Positions 39,089 through 55,092 of a stretch of 64,000 nucleotides of DNA are shown here, piece after piece; position 1 is the first letter of the stretch; every line of letters starts with the position of its first letter. The DNA is from Cystobasidiomycetes sp. EMM_F5. Taxonomy: Eukaryota. The translations under genes were made by a program, and so were the position numbers. The notes under the pieces were generated by a model. It was not told where the DNA came from. It did not search any database and saw nothing but the letters and a program-made list of their open reading frames with translations. Location: NCBI GenBank assembly GCA_051047955.1, contig JBPGPT010000014.1, forward strand, positions 1 through 64,000. Reading direction: 5' to 3'.

Positions 39089-39857
39089 GGTGTTGCAAAC
39101 GGTGCAAGGGGTCTCAAATTCGACTATGTTGACGACCGCATCCAAATGTTCAGGTCGGTCGCCAGCTCGTTCTTGATTATAAATTTGTTGTCAGACCCAG
39201 ACTTTTCCTTGCGACTTGCTGTCCGGGCCAGAAACGGGGATAAAGTTTGAGGGGATACTCAAGGAGATGTGAGCGACGACGCAGCGGGAGGAGGAGGATA
39301 CGAGTCGCAAACGAGGAAGGGGACCTTACAGTGCATACTGCAGCCTAGCAGCAACACTCGCGTTGCCTAGCTTGCTGGCGATTTTGTAATGTATGACGGT
39401 ACGTGCGAAGTCCGTGACATAAGCAGCAACGACGGGCGTTGCGAGCGCTGCGAAGCGGATTCCGATGAATGCTGACGATAGCATTGCGTGTGAGCCTGCT
39501 CCGGCTGGCGGTCTAGACCCCGGTAACGCTTGACCTGACGTGCTTCGTGCATTGTCGACGATAGTCGTTGCCGGAATATCAAAGTCACTCGGTTACGAAG
39601 GATGTATCAATACATGGCTGCAGAAGTGTCAGCCTTGCAGCACTCCGCGATGTTGAGTGGGTGCGTGCACGCATAATTGCGTTATTAGTATCATTACACA
39701 TGGGAAGCTCCGGATCTTCGAAAGGAAGACGAGCTAGAAAGTAATATCGATGCTTTTCTGGACGCGGGTCAGAACGCAGAGCAATTGTCAAAGTGCATAT
39801 ACAATTCACGATTACCTTGCATTAGTTTCGAAGAGATGGGGTGCGCCTTGTTTATGC

Positions 39858-39885
39858 ATGTACGCGTGCAAGTTGTCGCGTACAT
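39858..39885. promoter_or_regulatory. Pair of MCB-like (ACGCG) elements forming a 9-bp inverted repeat upstream of MSH2
   Basis: ATGTACGCG-N10-CGCGTACAT, with ACGCGT at 39862-39867, about 130-150 bp before the MSH2 ATG. Confidence 0.45.
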
Positions 39886-40011
39886 TGAATGATCGAGGGC
39901 CGTCCGAACAACAGAGCAGCTCTGGCTTACACCGAACGAGGTACCGCTCGAATGTGAAGCTGGACACCTCTGTTGACCCAACGTTGATCACAGCACCTAA
40001 ACAGCCCCATC

Positions 40012-43934
<3,923 letters not shown>

Positions 43935-44017
43935 CATCACTGAGCACGTAGTAGCGTACAATTCGTCGATGTAGTACTCTGTTGTTGTCGGAGGCTATAG
44001 CGCCATTGCCTGATTAC

Positions 44018-45323
44018 CTAAGTCCGTGCAAGTAGATCTCCGAATTGCCCAATACTTGTTTTCGGCACCCAAGCTGCCAGAGGAGTCAGGCCGCTTTCGT
44101 ACTGTCGGCTATGCTTGAGTCTGCACCCATCACTTCAACAAGTTTTATCTACTCACACTGGCACTCTTGACCATCAGTAGCAAGCCATCTGCTTCGTACT
44201 GTATGCTGGATTGTTGCGTCGACTGGCTCATCAATGGATGTATGGGGAGAGACGAGTACGTGGCGTGCATTGCAGATTGCTCGACAATAGGTCGCACGCA
44301 GTCTTTCAGTAGTAGTTCGCAGCTGAGTGGGCTGGTATACGCAGATACTGTGGCGATGACCAGGTGGCCGGGTCTTTGAGTTTCATCACTGCTGTGGAGA
44401 CCGTCTGTAGCCATATTATGCGACTTCTCAAATGTCTGCGCGACAAGCTGAGCCGGCATTTCGTCGAATTTGCTGTTGCGCCAAAACATACTACAGATAT
44501 GTTGATATATCAGATCATCTTTCCAGCATATGTCAGTGCTCAGCGTACCGGAACTCTGTATCACATTCTGCTATGCTCTGGCCTCTCCAATTCATCACAT
44601 CCAATACGAAAAGGGCGCCAGCGTCCTTGAGATAAATGCAATCTAGAATACAGTCAGGCGGTAAGACCGGGATATAGTGCCGACCAAGCGGTCTGCCAGA
44701 TGACCTAGCCAACAAGATCGTGTTGGTCACCCTGCCTTTCTTGTTCATCTTTGTAGATGCAAACGAGACCACTAGGCATCGCTTGCCTTTAGGGATGGGC
44801 CCCATTGCAATCCAATTTTCAAACAGGTCGTGTGGTAGTCCGCCATCAAGCTCCAGCTCCTCGCCCATCATAAGCTTGTCCGCGTACCCTCGCCACTGAG
44901 GTTGTCCGTTTAGATTGATGACAACTGGAAAGGAATCGTGAGGGATGACTCACGCGGCGCTTGTTCCTTCTTCGCTTCGAAGGATTTGCCTCTCTTACGC
45001 TCTTGCCAGTATCGACGTCGCCTTCCGCTGTCTCAGAGACTGCCACCACCGGAGCTTCGTCCTCAGAGAGGCTCAGATCCTCCAAGACGTCTTCGAGACC
45101 TTGTCTCGTGAGACTGAATGCATGCTGTCGTTGCTGGGCATGGAAATGAAAGTAAGCTCCAGACCTCACAACAAAGGGTCATACCGACAGCTCGCTGGCG
45201 GTCCAAAGCCTCCTGCCGTCGTCTAGCTTGACCATCAGCGACACTCAATGTAGCGACTGGGTTTCTGAAGGCTTGAAAGTCCTGTATACGCCTCGAATGA
45301 TTCCTAGCGTCATTGTCAGACAT
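44018..45323 (-). CDS. SNUPN: Snurportin-1-like (IBB-like N-terminus plus m3G-cap-binding domain)
   Basis: QARRRQEALDRQR, WIAMGPIPKGKRCLVVS, ILDCIY, FVLDVMNWRG...CDTEFR|FWRNSK, DGLLL...YESGLTPL..W. Confidence 0.85.
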
Positions 45324-45365
45324 GTCGACTGGTTTGCGTTTAGCCAAACTGTCAGTGAGAATAAG

Positions 45366-45763
45366 ATGGCCGATGCACCGGCGCAAACGGCAGCTACGGG
45401 CTCGCCGAGTGATTTCCTGAAGACTGTCGTCGGTCAGCGCGTCATGGTCAGACTTGTGTCTGGCGTAGATTATCGAGGTGAGCCATGATGAAATGATCGG
45501 TGTAAAGACTGTCCATCAGGCGTGACGGGTAGAGACGCAGTTGCTGATTGAGATCACTCGTCGTCCAGGCATCTTGTCGTGCTTGGATGGCTACATGCAC
45601 GTCGCATTGGAAGACACGGAGGAAATAGTCAATGGCAAGGTCGTCAATCGATACGGCGATAGCTTTTTGAGAGGAAACAACAGTGAGTTTCTAGCATACA
45701 CTGCAGAAGAGATACGGCAGCTAATAATTGCATTCAGTCCTGTATATTACGAAAGCGCAATGA
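45366..45763 (+). CDS. LSM6: U6 snRNA-associated Sm-like protein Lsm6
   Basis: SPSDFLKTVVGQRVMVRLVSGVDYRG|ILSCLDGYMHVALEDTEE...YGDSFLRGNN|ILYITKAQ*. Confidence 0.95.
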
Positions 45764-46360
45764 AGCCAGCATGACTTCACGACACCATCTAAAAAGTCGG
45801 AATAGCACACGCAGGAGGTCAGCACACCAGTGTCAACTCGCATTTGGAGGAAGAAGCGACCGAGGTGTCAAGCCAGACACTTCTAATCACACTGGGCTCA
45901 AAATCGCCTCTGTTCGAGCGATTATACAGCAAGCTACTAACTGGACCCTGCGACTGCTGAACCTCACAAGTGCCCGAAAGCGGTCTGTTCATCAAGAGAC
46001 TTACGGGCACGCGTTGTTGTACCTCGAGCTGGAGTCACATATGTTGTCTGTCCAGAATGCAGGGTGATCCAACTGATTCGTCGTGCTAATATTTCGCTTA
46101 CTTTGACCGCCTCACGATGAAAGACATAGCTGATGAACTTCAGCCGATGTTGTGGCAGCGAGATACTTGCTATTTCCTCACAAAATACGGAAGCGTCTGA
46201 CTAACACGCTCAAGCCCCTACGCATCGTCTGACAAGCTCAGCAATGAAATGTGCTACCAGTTGGCAGCGTCGTCACTTACGGTTCTTCTTTTATCTCTCT
46301 CTCTCTTTTCTTTTCTGGCATTGTTTTGAACGCCCCTGCTACCATGGCCATACCGCGGGA

Positions 46361-46796
46361 ATGTCATCACCTAATGAGAAGTACGGCATCGCAGAGTCTG
46401 GCCATAACGTCCCGGCGCTCGAGAAGACCAAATCGATGCGCGCCTCCCAAGCTTGGCGCAGAAGCTGTCTTGCAGAGTATGCTGAACTCCACCCTTGTTG
46501 TCGCTATTCAAAGCGCTAAGAAGATTGAGGAATCGTAAGTAGAGTTCGCTGAAGATCTTCTGAAACTGAGCGAAAGAAGAATGGAGGATAGCACAACCAT
46601 AACGCGGACAAAGCGGACAAGGAGCGAGAGGCCAAAGGCCAAAGAACAGGCCAATTCCAAAGACAGTGGCATTGGACCGTCAAGCAACCCTTCGCAGCCA
46701 TCATCCAAGGTTGGTACAGCATGCTCTCTCCTAGTCAGTATGCGCTTATTATCTTGTTTCGAGCAGAATGACGGTCAGTACAGTACCAGTAGTTAG
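46361..46796 (+). CDS. Possible small hydrophilic hypothetical protein (multi-exon)
   Basis: ATG after a pyrimidine tract; two plausible GT-AG introns, but the first intron would need a GC donor. Confidence 0.3.
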
Positions 46797-47213
46797 ACCA
46801 GCCTCGTTGTCAGTTTTACTTTCCATTTCGTTGTTTAGCACTTTAGAACAGCTGTCTCTGAATGGTAGAGACACTGAGCTTGCTTTTCATTACCTTCTTC
46901 CTGCTCTCCGTTCCTCTCCGTTTGTTTGCCACATTTCATCCCTCGCAGCTGCAGGTCCGGTCCAGAGAGAGTGGCAAACCGGGTTGTGCCTGGAAATTCA
47001 ACCAATTTACGCCAATCGAGATTTCGGAGCGAAGGACGTGCAGCTGACTGGTTTGGAGGGGAGCTGGAGGCTGCTGTCTGCTTCTGCACTCCAACCCAGT
47101 CTGCCAAACATTTGCTGGATCCTGACTATCGCATACACTACACCCTCTCTTTACTCAACAACCGATAGCGACCCTTCGAGAAAGGCCTGCATTCTACGAC
47201 TGCCACGGCCAGA

Positions 47214-48998
47214 ATGGCGCAGCGACTCGCTCACCTCAAGGGCATGCTCGATGCTTCAGACACCGAGGCAGACTAGTAAGCTGCTGGTAGTTGTAGCATT
47301 GATGAGTGACACGGCCTTGCTGACTAGTCCCATGTGCAGCTCTCCCGACCTACGAAAGTCGACGACATGGAGTGAGAATGAAGAAACTTCAGTAGACGCG
47401 GGAGCTTCCTTCAAGCCGCATTCTGCGGATGAATGGAGATATGTGCAGCGGAGTGAGTCGCCTTTCCTCAGTATCCACCCGAGACACTTTGCTGACCTGC
47501 GTCATATCGCCCAGCTCTGATGAAGGAGAAGCCATTACCGCCAATTACGCTGCAGAATGTACACAAGAACATCAACTGGGTATCCTTCGTGGTGCTCACC
47601 GTTGTTCCAATCCTTGCATGCTATGGTGTGAGTATTTACGCTGCTTTCGATACGTGGAGTCGACGTGACCTATTTCTCAATCACAGGCTGCTACTACGAG
47701 ATTGACATGGCAGACTGCGCTGTGGTCAGTCATCTACTACTTTTACACTGGTCTCGGTATCACGGTAAGCATGCTCAGTTCAGCATTTACCGAGCCTTCA
47801 CTCATTTACCCGGAACATCCCGTGTCTTTGCTTATCACAGGCCGGATACCATAGATTATGGGCGCATCGTGCCTACAACGCCGGCAAGCCACTTCAGTTC
47901 TTCCTGATGTTTGGTGGTTCTGGTGCTGTTGAAGGAAGCATCCGATGGTGGTGCAGAGGTCACCGCGCGCATCACCGATACACCGACACCGATCTCGACC
48001 CATACTCTGCTCACAAGGGATTCTGGTGGTCGCACATTGGCTGGATGATCTTCAAGGGTCGACGCAGTCCAGGCAATGCCGATGTTTCCGATCTTACCAA
48101 CAACGCCGTAGTCAGATGGCAACACCGATACTACATCCCTCTCATTCTCGGTATGGGCTTCATTTTCCCTACTGTTGTCGCTGGACTCTTGTGGGGAGAC
48201 TGGAGAGGCGGATTCTTCTTTGCAGGAGCAGCTCGTCTTCTGTTCGTCCACCACTCGACATTCTGCGTCAACTCGCTCGCGCACTGGCTCGGTGACGCAC
48301 CATTCGACGACAAGAACACACCTCGAGACCACTTCATTACTGCTTTGGTGACTATCGGAGAGGGATATCACAACTTCCACCATCAATTCCCGCAAGACTT
48401 CCGCAATGCCATCAAGTGGCATCAGTGGGATCCGACAAAGTGGTTCATCTGGGTCAGCTACAAGCTCGGTCTCGCATACAATCTCAAGCAGTTCCCAGAT
48501 AACGAGGTTCGCAAGGGAATGTACAATATGGAGCTGAAGAAGCTCGAGAGGAGGGGTGCCGGTGTCGTGTGGGCCAAGAATGCCGACGACCTTCCTATCC
48601 TTTCATGGGATCAGTTCCAAGAACAAGTCAAGACGTGCGAGCGTTCGCTCACTGTCGTCGGTGGCTACATTATTGATGTCACCACTTTTATGGATGAGCA
48701 CCCTGGTGGACGAGGTCTCATCAAGGCAAAGTTGGGCAAGGATGCGTCGACTGCATTCTATGGCGGCGTCTACGAGCATTCCAATGGCGCAAACAACCTT
48801 CTCTCCATGCTCCGCGTCGGTGTTATTGATGGAGGTATGGAGGTAGAACACCTCAAGATGAACCCGGCTGCTGGAGTACAAGTCTTTGATGGACCATCGT
48901 TGAGAGCGCAAGGGCTCAAGGAGTTGACAAAGAAGGAGAAGGCCAAGAAGCGGAATGTGGAAAAGGCCCTCCCAGTGCCGTTATTGGTCAAGGCTTAA
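47214..48998 (+). CDS. OLE1: Delta-9 fatty acid desaturase with C-terminal cytochrome b5 domain
   Basis: GYHRLWAHRAY, HRAHHRYTDTDLDPY, GEGYHNFHH, EHPGG; first exon MAQRLAHLKG...ADY. Confidence 0.96.
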
Positions 48999-49939
48999 AC
49001 GCGCTTTCCCAGATTAGAGTGACGAATTTTCGGTGATCAGCGTCACCATTTACGATGCATTCTCGGCGGATTGAGCTTGATAAGGATCCCAAAGAATATG
49101 TAACGATAGATACTCCTGCAACTTCATGCATATGCAAAGCCATTCGTCTTTATAACACTACTAGTATACGATTTCTGCAAACTCCAAGTATGTTGTGACG
49201 CCTCAGTAACTTGCAGAAAACCGTACCAAACTAGTGGAATGAAGTTGAAGTGAATGTCTTGCTCGCTGCCATGCGCATTCGTAATTTGTGGTCGATCTTT
49301 TCGAGGTTTCGCTTTGACTGATACAAAGCTTGAGAAGTATATATTCGAGTCGCCAAATCGTACTTGCACTGACTTACAAGGTACCCTCCCTATCTCCCCC
49401 ATATAATCCATGCTTCTGAACACTACGTCGCCCGCCGGTCATCTCATCGTCTCCGGCTGTCTTGGTGAAACAACGGCTGACAGGGCCAAAGCCCATGGTG
49501 ATCTACAACGGTCCCGTCCTGCTGGCCGATTCCGAGACACCGTCATGATTTGTTTGCGGCTGATGCGTAATCTGCTGACCATGAGCCCCTGGCTCGCTAT
49601 CGTCTTTCCTGACCCAGCATGACTAGGGTACTATAGTAGAAGCGCTCATCGTCTGGTCTAAAACCCTGCCCGGCGCGGCACGCCTTGATCGGATCCTACG
49701 GATACAGCTGTCTGAATTGTCAGACAAGTTGACTGTGTATCTTAGCGGGACGCCCGCCGTTCTGCCCGAATGATCTCCAGCAGGGTCGGTCATGCTTCTC
49801 TGCTTCTGTATTCGTATTGCTGAAACTGTACATGTCCGGCAGAAGTGTGAGAAACCCCAAGATTGTTCAGACGCAAGTCCAACGCGGTGCCAAAAGGCCT
49901 GCCCAGCCATACCGCAAGCGATATTGCAAGCGAGACAGA

Positions 49940-51953
49940 ATGGAAAGTCAGACGTACGACGTCCTCATTGACGGTCTGGCTGCGGAAACCACCGCGGAAG
50001 ACGTCGAGGTAATTGATCATAAGCCTGATGTTGGGTTTGGCAAAGCCCAATTCGCTCATATGGTATCTATTCTATCAGGCACTCTTCGCCGAAGATCCTA
50101 ATCTATTTCCCCTGCTTCGGGCTTCTTTGCGACCCTCGAAATCTTCACGCGATGTCGCGGTGCTACTGAAGTTTGCGCAACCTGATCATGCCAGAGCAGC
50201 AATTGCTTACTTCGAGTACGTTCTGAGCCCACTGTGATAACAAAAAGGTGTGCTGAAGTCGTGACATAGCGGCGTTAAAGCAGATGGCAAAGTTTTGACT
50301 GCCGTCGCGTGTCTGCCAGGTGCATTCAATGAAGCACCGTGCCCTCGGCCGCAACATCCCAGCAAAACCGATCACAGCGATGATAGTGGAATTGGCGGTT
50401 CCGACGTCAGTACGAGCAGGAGTCTGCCTGGCGAGGTGCAAGCAACGCGCGATATGGCTCTAGCTCTGCGAAATGTATACAAAGCCTGGTCGTCGAAGGC
50501 TGGTGATGCCCGTTCAGAGGCCGAGCGAAGCGCGATCCAGGCGGAGGAAGTCAAGCTAGGGAGTGCAGAAGATCAAGCCAAGGCGCAAGCGTCTCCTTCA
50601 AATTCTCAGGAGAAGACTGGCCAAGGGCGAAGTGAGGACACGATGCGCGTGTCCAATGTCGAACATCCACATATTCCCCTGCCGGTAATTTCAATGATGT
50701 TGGATAAACGACCGCCCATGCTTCGTACGAAGCATACTCGCAATGCTTCCTCAAGCTCGACAGCAAGCACGGCCAGGCCTGGAGACTCGACGGCAGACCA
50801 GACAGCCGCACTGGCAGGTTTGGCAGACGAGGCAGAACACCTCGAGAGAAAGGATGCGGATCAGAAGCCTGTATTGCCTTCTATCACAGCCCAGATGACC
50901 GCTGTCTCGGATTTTAGCAACGATCCGGCATCATTGGCATCCCTGGCAGCAACTGCGTGCGAGAAGTTGGCTGAGATCGCAACTGGTGCATCGGACAAGA
51001 CCCAGCCTGCTTCCGACGTTTCAGACATTGACACGACTGCAAAGCAGAGCGTTCAAGCAGTACGCAAGGCTGCTCCTACCCCTCCGAAGCTGCTGACCCG
51101 TCACACTGGGCAAACGCCGGCTTCGGTCCTGGCAAAGCCGCGAATGCCCAAAATCGGCCCAGATGCTTCTGTTAATGCATACTCTCAGATATCAGGTGTT
51201 CCTGTGCTTTCCAGAAATCTTTTGAATGGCCAAATGCTGGAGAACCCTCTTTTAGGCCATGTTCCTCACTACCTTCCGTGGATTTCTGCTCCGAGCAATA
51301 TCTACAATGTCTACAGTCCTCAGGAATACATAACTTGGCAGCAAGGGCCTTGGAACATTCAGAACTACTCGCAGCCAAGGATGAGCCCAATGACAGATGT
51401 TTTGCAGCATTTTGTACCATCGGCGATGGCAGCGGAATTTATTCCGTCGGCCCCGTACAAAAGCAGCGCTTCGAGTCTATCCGGCGACGCATCGGAGTTT
51501 GTGTCTCGATGTACTGTGACCCACACGACCACATATCAGGTGAACACCTTCGTTCCGTCAGCAGATGCTGCAGAGTTCGTGCCAGGTCCTGCGGGAATTG
51601 TCAGTGGTCGGAACCCTCCAGCAACCGCTTCCGCTCCAGACTTCAAACCCCCTACGTCAGTCTCCGATGCTGAACGGACATCATCAAAAGCAGAACCGCT
51701 ACTGGAAGATAAGGTTGAATCCGAGAGCAGAGTAGAAATTTCGGCTTTACCGCCCAGCTTGAACGGCTATCGGGCTTTGTTGGGCAAGGTTGCTGGTATA
51801 ACAACATTCGAAGAGCTTAAAGACACGATCAGAGACCGTAAGCAAGTGAAAGCTTTTGTCAATGAGTTGGCTCCGGAAGTAGGCAGGGAGTTAGAAACTT
51901 TTGCGCAACGATTTAGATTGAAGACCTGTTTAGAAGAAGCGTTATCGTTGTAG
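49940..51953 (+). CDS. RRM plus multi-PAM2 plus SAM-like C-terminal domain protein (gene B)
   Basis: RRM YDVLIDGLAAETTAEDVE|ALF...ARAAIAYFD|GVKADGKVL; introns 50009-50078 and 50216-50269; AAEFIP/ASEFVS/AAEFVP/APDFKP motifs; start may lie further upstream (49832). Confidence 0.8.
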
Positions 51954-52138
51954 AAAGTTGTTTCGACGCTGTCGTATATGCTCATTCGGCTTAATCGGCT
52001 CTCGCATGTCTCTCGAGTCAGGTTGACAATTTGCCACCGGTTTTGGCACTCCAAGATTCCGAAGCAACCGCGGTCTTTCGCTTTTCAACCCCACACGACG
52101 CTGCGTTCGTTGGACCCACATCTGCACCATTCGCTAGA

Positions 52139-54661
52139 ATGGCCAAACATTTGAAGCAAGTCTTCGAAAGTCGGCGTGAGCTGGTCAGTCGCAGCCCTGC
52201 CAGATGCTAGCGAGGTCGCACTTCGCAGAAAAGGCAAGCTAACGACTTCTTGGTAACGAGCAGGGGCTGCCTGTATTTGTTACTTTTGTAACTGCTGGAT
52301 ACCCAAAACATGAGCAAACTGTCGACATTATGCTGGCGATGGAGGCCGGAGGAGCCGATGTCATTGAATTGGGTGTACCGTTTTCTGACCCTATTGCCGA
52401 CGGACCTGCAATTCAGGAAAGCAACGTCGTGCGTTGTTTAATGTTAGATATCGCCTTGACACACTGCTAACACCGCTGTTCCTTAGATTGCTCTCAAACA
52501 AGATATTGCTCTCCCACATGTTTTGGGCTACATCAAAGAAGCGAGAGCCAAAGGCCTCAAAGCGCCAGTATTGTTGATGGGTATGTGAGGACTATAGCGT
52601 ATATTAGTGCCCTCTGCTTACACGCACAAACAGGCTATTACAATCCGACAATGTCTTACGGCGAGCGAGAAGCAGTGAGAGATGCACGTGAAGCTGGGGC
52701 AAACGGCTTTATCATGGTCGATCTACCGCCAGAGGAAGCCATCAAGTTCCGAGAGATTTGTACAGACGAAGGGTGCGCTCCGGATTGCTAAGACAACAAG
52801 CAGAGAAACTGATTGAACAGTGTCACTATACAGGCTAAGCTATGTTCCTCTCATTGCTCCAAGTACGACAAACAACCGTATCAAGTTCCTTGGTGGGATT
52901 GCAGACTCTTTCATCTATGTCGTTTCGAAGATGGGAACCACAGGGGCCTCTTCCAGCGTTTCCACCGCCCTCCCTGATCTCCTCGAACGAATCCAGCAAA
53001 ACCTTCCAGATTCCAACATCCCCCTAGCTGTAGGATTTGGGGTTTCCACACCCGATCACTTTGTAGAAATTGGCGAATTGGCAGACGGTGTCGTTATCGG
53101 CAGCAAGCTTGTCCAAATCTTGAAGGAAGCGCCAGATGGAGAGGGAGCCAAGAAGATTCGCGAATTTTGCGAATTCATTGCCGGGGGAGGCAAGCGCAAA
53201 GCTAGAGCGAAAGCTTTAGGCAACAAACACAAGGCGCCAGTACTAACAAACGGATCCGCCAACACGGCAGATGTAGATATCGTAGCGAGGGCGAAGGAGG
53301 CTGTTCTGGGAGCGGTAACGCATGCTGTGCCGATCGTTGACAGCATCACTAATGGCGACACGAACGGACATGATCCGTTTGCCGCAACAAATGGCGAGAT
53401 GAAGCAGATGCCATCTCGATTCGGTCAATTTGGCGGGCAGTATGTGCCCGAAGCGCTGTTCGACTGCCTTGTAGAACTCGAAGCCGCTCACAAATCTGCA
53501 ATGGCGGACCCTTCTTTCTGGAAAGAGTTTGAGAGCTACTACGGTTACATAAACCGACCCAGCGAGCTTTATTTGGCGGAAAGGTTGACGGAATATGCAG
53601 GAGGTGCCCGAATCTGGATGAAGCGGGAAGACTTGAACCACACGGGGTCACACAAAATCAATAACGCCATTGGTCAGATTCTGCTTGCAAGACGAATCGG
53701 CAAAAAGCGTATCATTGCTGAAACGGGAGCGGGTCAGCACGGTGTCGCTACGGCTGTTGCGTGCGCCAGGTTCGGCATGGAATGTGTAGTCTACATGGGA
53801 GCAGAAGATGTCCGGAGACAGGCTCTCAACGTGTTCCGTATGAAGCTGCTCGGTGCGAGAGTGGTTTCGGTTGCCAGCGGTTCCCAGACCTTGAAGGATG
53901 CGATCAGTAAGTTGAGGCTTAGTATCCTGTAACGTGAGCTGATGACAGTCCTCCGATCAGATGAAGCTATGCGAGAGTGGGTCACTAACCTCGAGACTAC
54001 ACATTACCTCGTCGGTTCAGCTATAGGACCGCATCCCTTCCCTACAATTGTGCGCGACTTCCAGAGTATAATTGGCAAAGAAATCAAGGAGCAATTCCAG
54101 AAGCGAGAAGGCAAGCTGCCGGATGCAGTCGTAGCGTGTGTTGGCGGAGGCAGCAATGCAATCGGTACTTTTCATACTTTTATACCAGACAAGAATGTCC
54201 GCTTAATCGGAGTCGAGGCTGGTGGCAGCGGTATCGACACACCGTACCACTCTGCCACATTATCCAAGGGCACTGTAGGAGTATTGCACGGTGTCAAGAC
54301 GTACCTGCTTCAAACACCGTCTGGCCAGATTACCGAAACTCACTCCATCTCTGCTGGTCTGGATTACCCCGGCGTTGGTCCTGAACACGCTTGGCTCAAG
54401 GACTCTGGGAGAGCCGAGTACATTGCTGCGACAGACGAGGAGGCGCTAAGGGGATTCCGACTGCTGTGCGAGAAAGAAGGCATCATCCCGGCCCTCGAAA
54501 GCGCTCACGCCGTCTGGGCGTCTGTCGAATTGGCCAAGACTTTGCCAAAGGAGGCCAACATAGTCATGTGTCTCTCAGGACGAGGTGACAAGGATGTCAG
54601 TGAAGTCATCGAGCATGTGCAGAAGTTTGCACAGAAACTCGACTGGAAGATCCTGCACTAA
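52139..54661 (+). CDS. TRP5: Tryptophan synthase, alpha-beta fusion
   Basis: [81 protein letters not shown]. Confidence 0.98.
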
Positions 54662-55092
54662 GTTGGGCGTTGTCTCCACCTCGTCATTTTTGTAAGGCTA
54701 CACACAGTAGATGTCATGCAGTCGGGCACAAGTCTTCGCAGTCTTCCGTATGGCCTCCGTGCTATTATAAACCTTTCTTGCGTCCGCACATTAGCTGTCC
54801 ACTTTCTGCATTATTCCGCGGCCGCCCTGCGACATCCCTTTGCCTTTAGCCCTTGAGAGGTCCAAACAATCGCCAACGGCTTTGCAAATTCCGCGTACAT
54901 TTCTGCAGAATGCATTACTTGGCCTTGCACACATGCTCTCTGCTGACGGATGCATCGAGAGATGCGGCACGCTGGCCTTGCGTACTGAATCATGAGCTGA
55001 TTTCATGAGGCTCTGACGACCGAAAAAGTCCAAGCACACGGCCGGTGGATTGACTATGCAGTCGCACTCGTGGAGATACGGGCTTCAACAAG

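Noticed and set aside
46130..46200. TGATGA...CTGA pair downstream of LSM6
   Set aside because: Imperfect box C, no recognisable target, motifs frequent by chance
45366..46800. Possible mating-type pheromone locus near an LSM gene
   Set aside because: No CAAX-terminated repeat precursor, STE3 receptor or homeodomain gene seen
47856..48422. 188-aa minus-strand ORF
   Set aside because: Antisense shadow of the codon-biased OLE1 CDS
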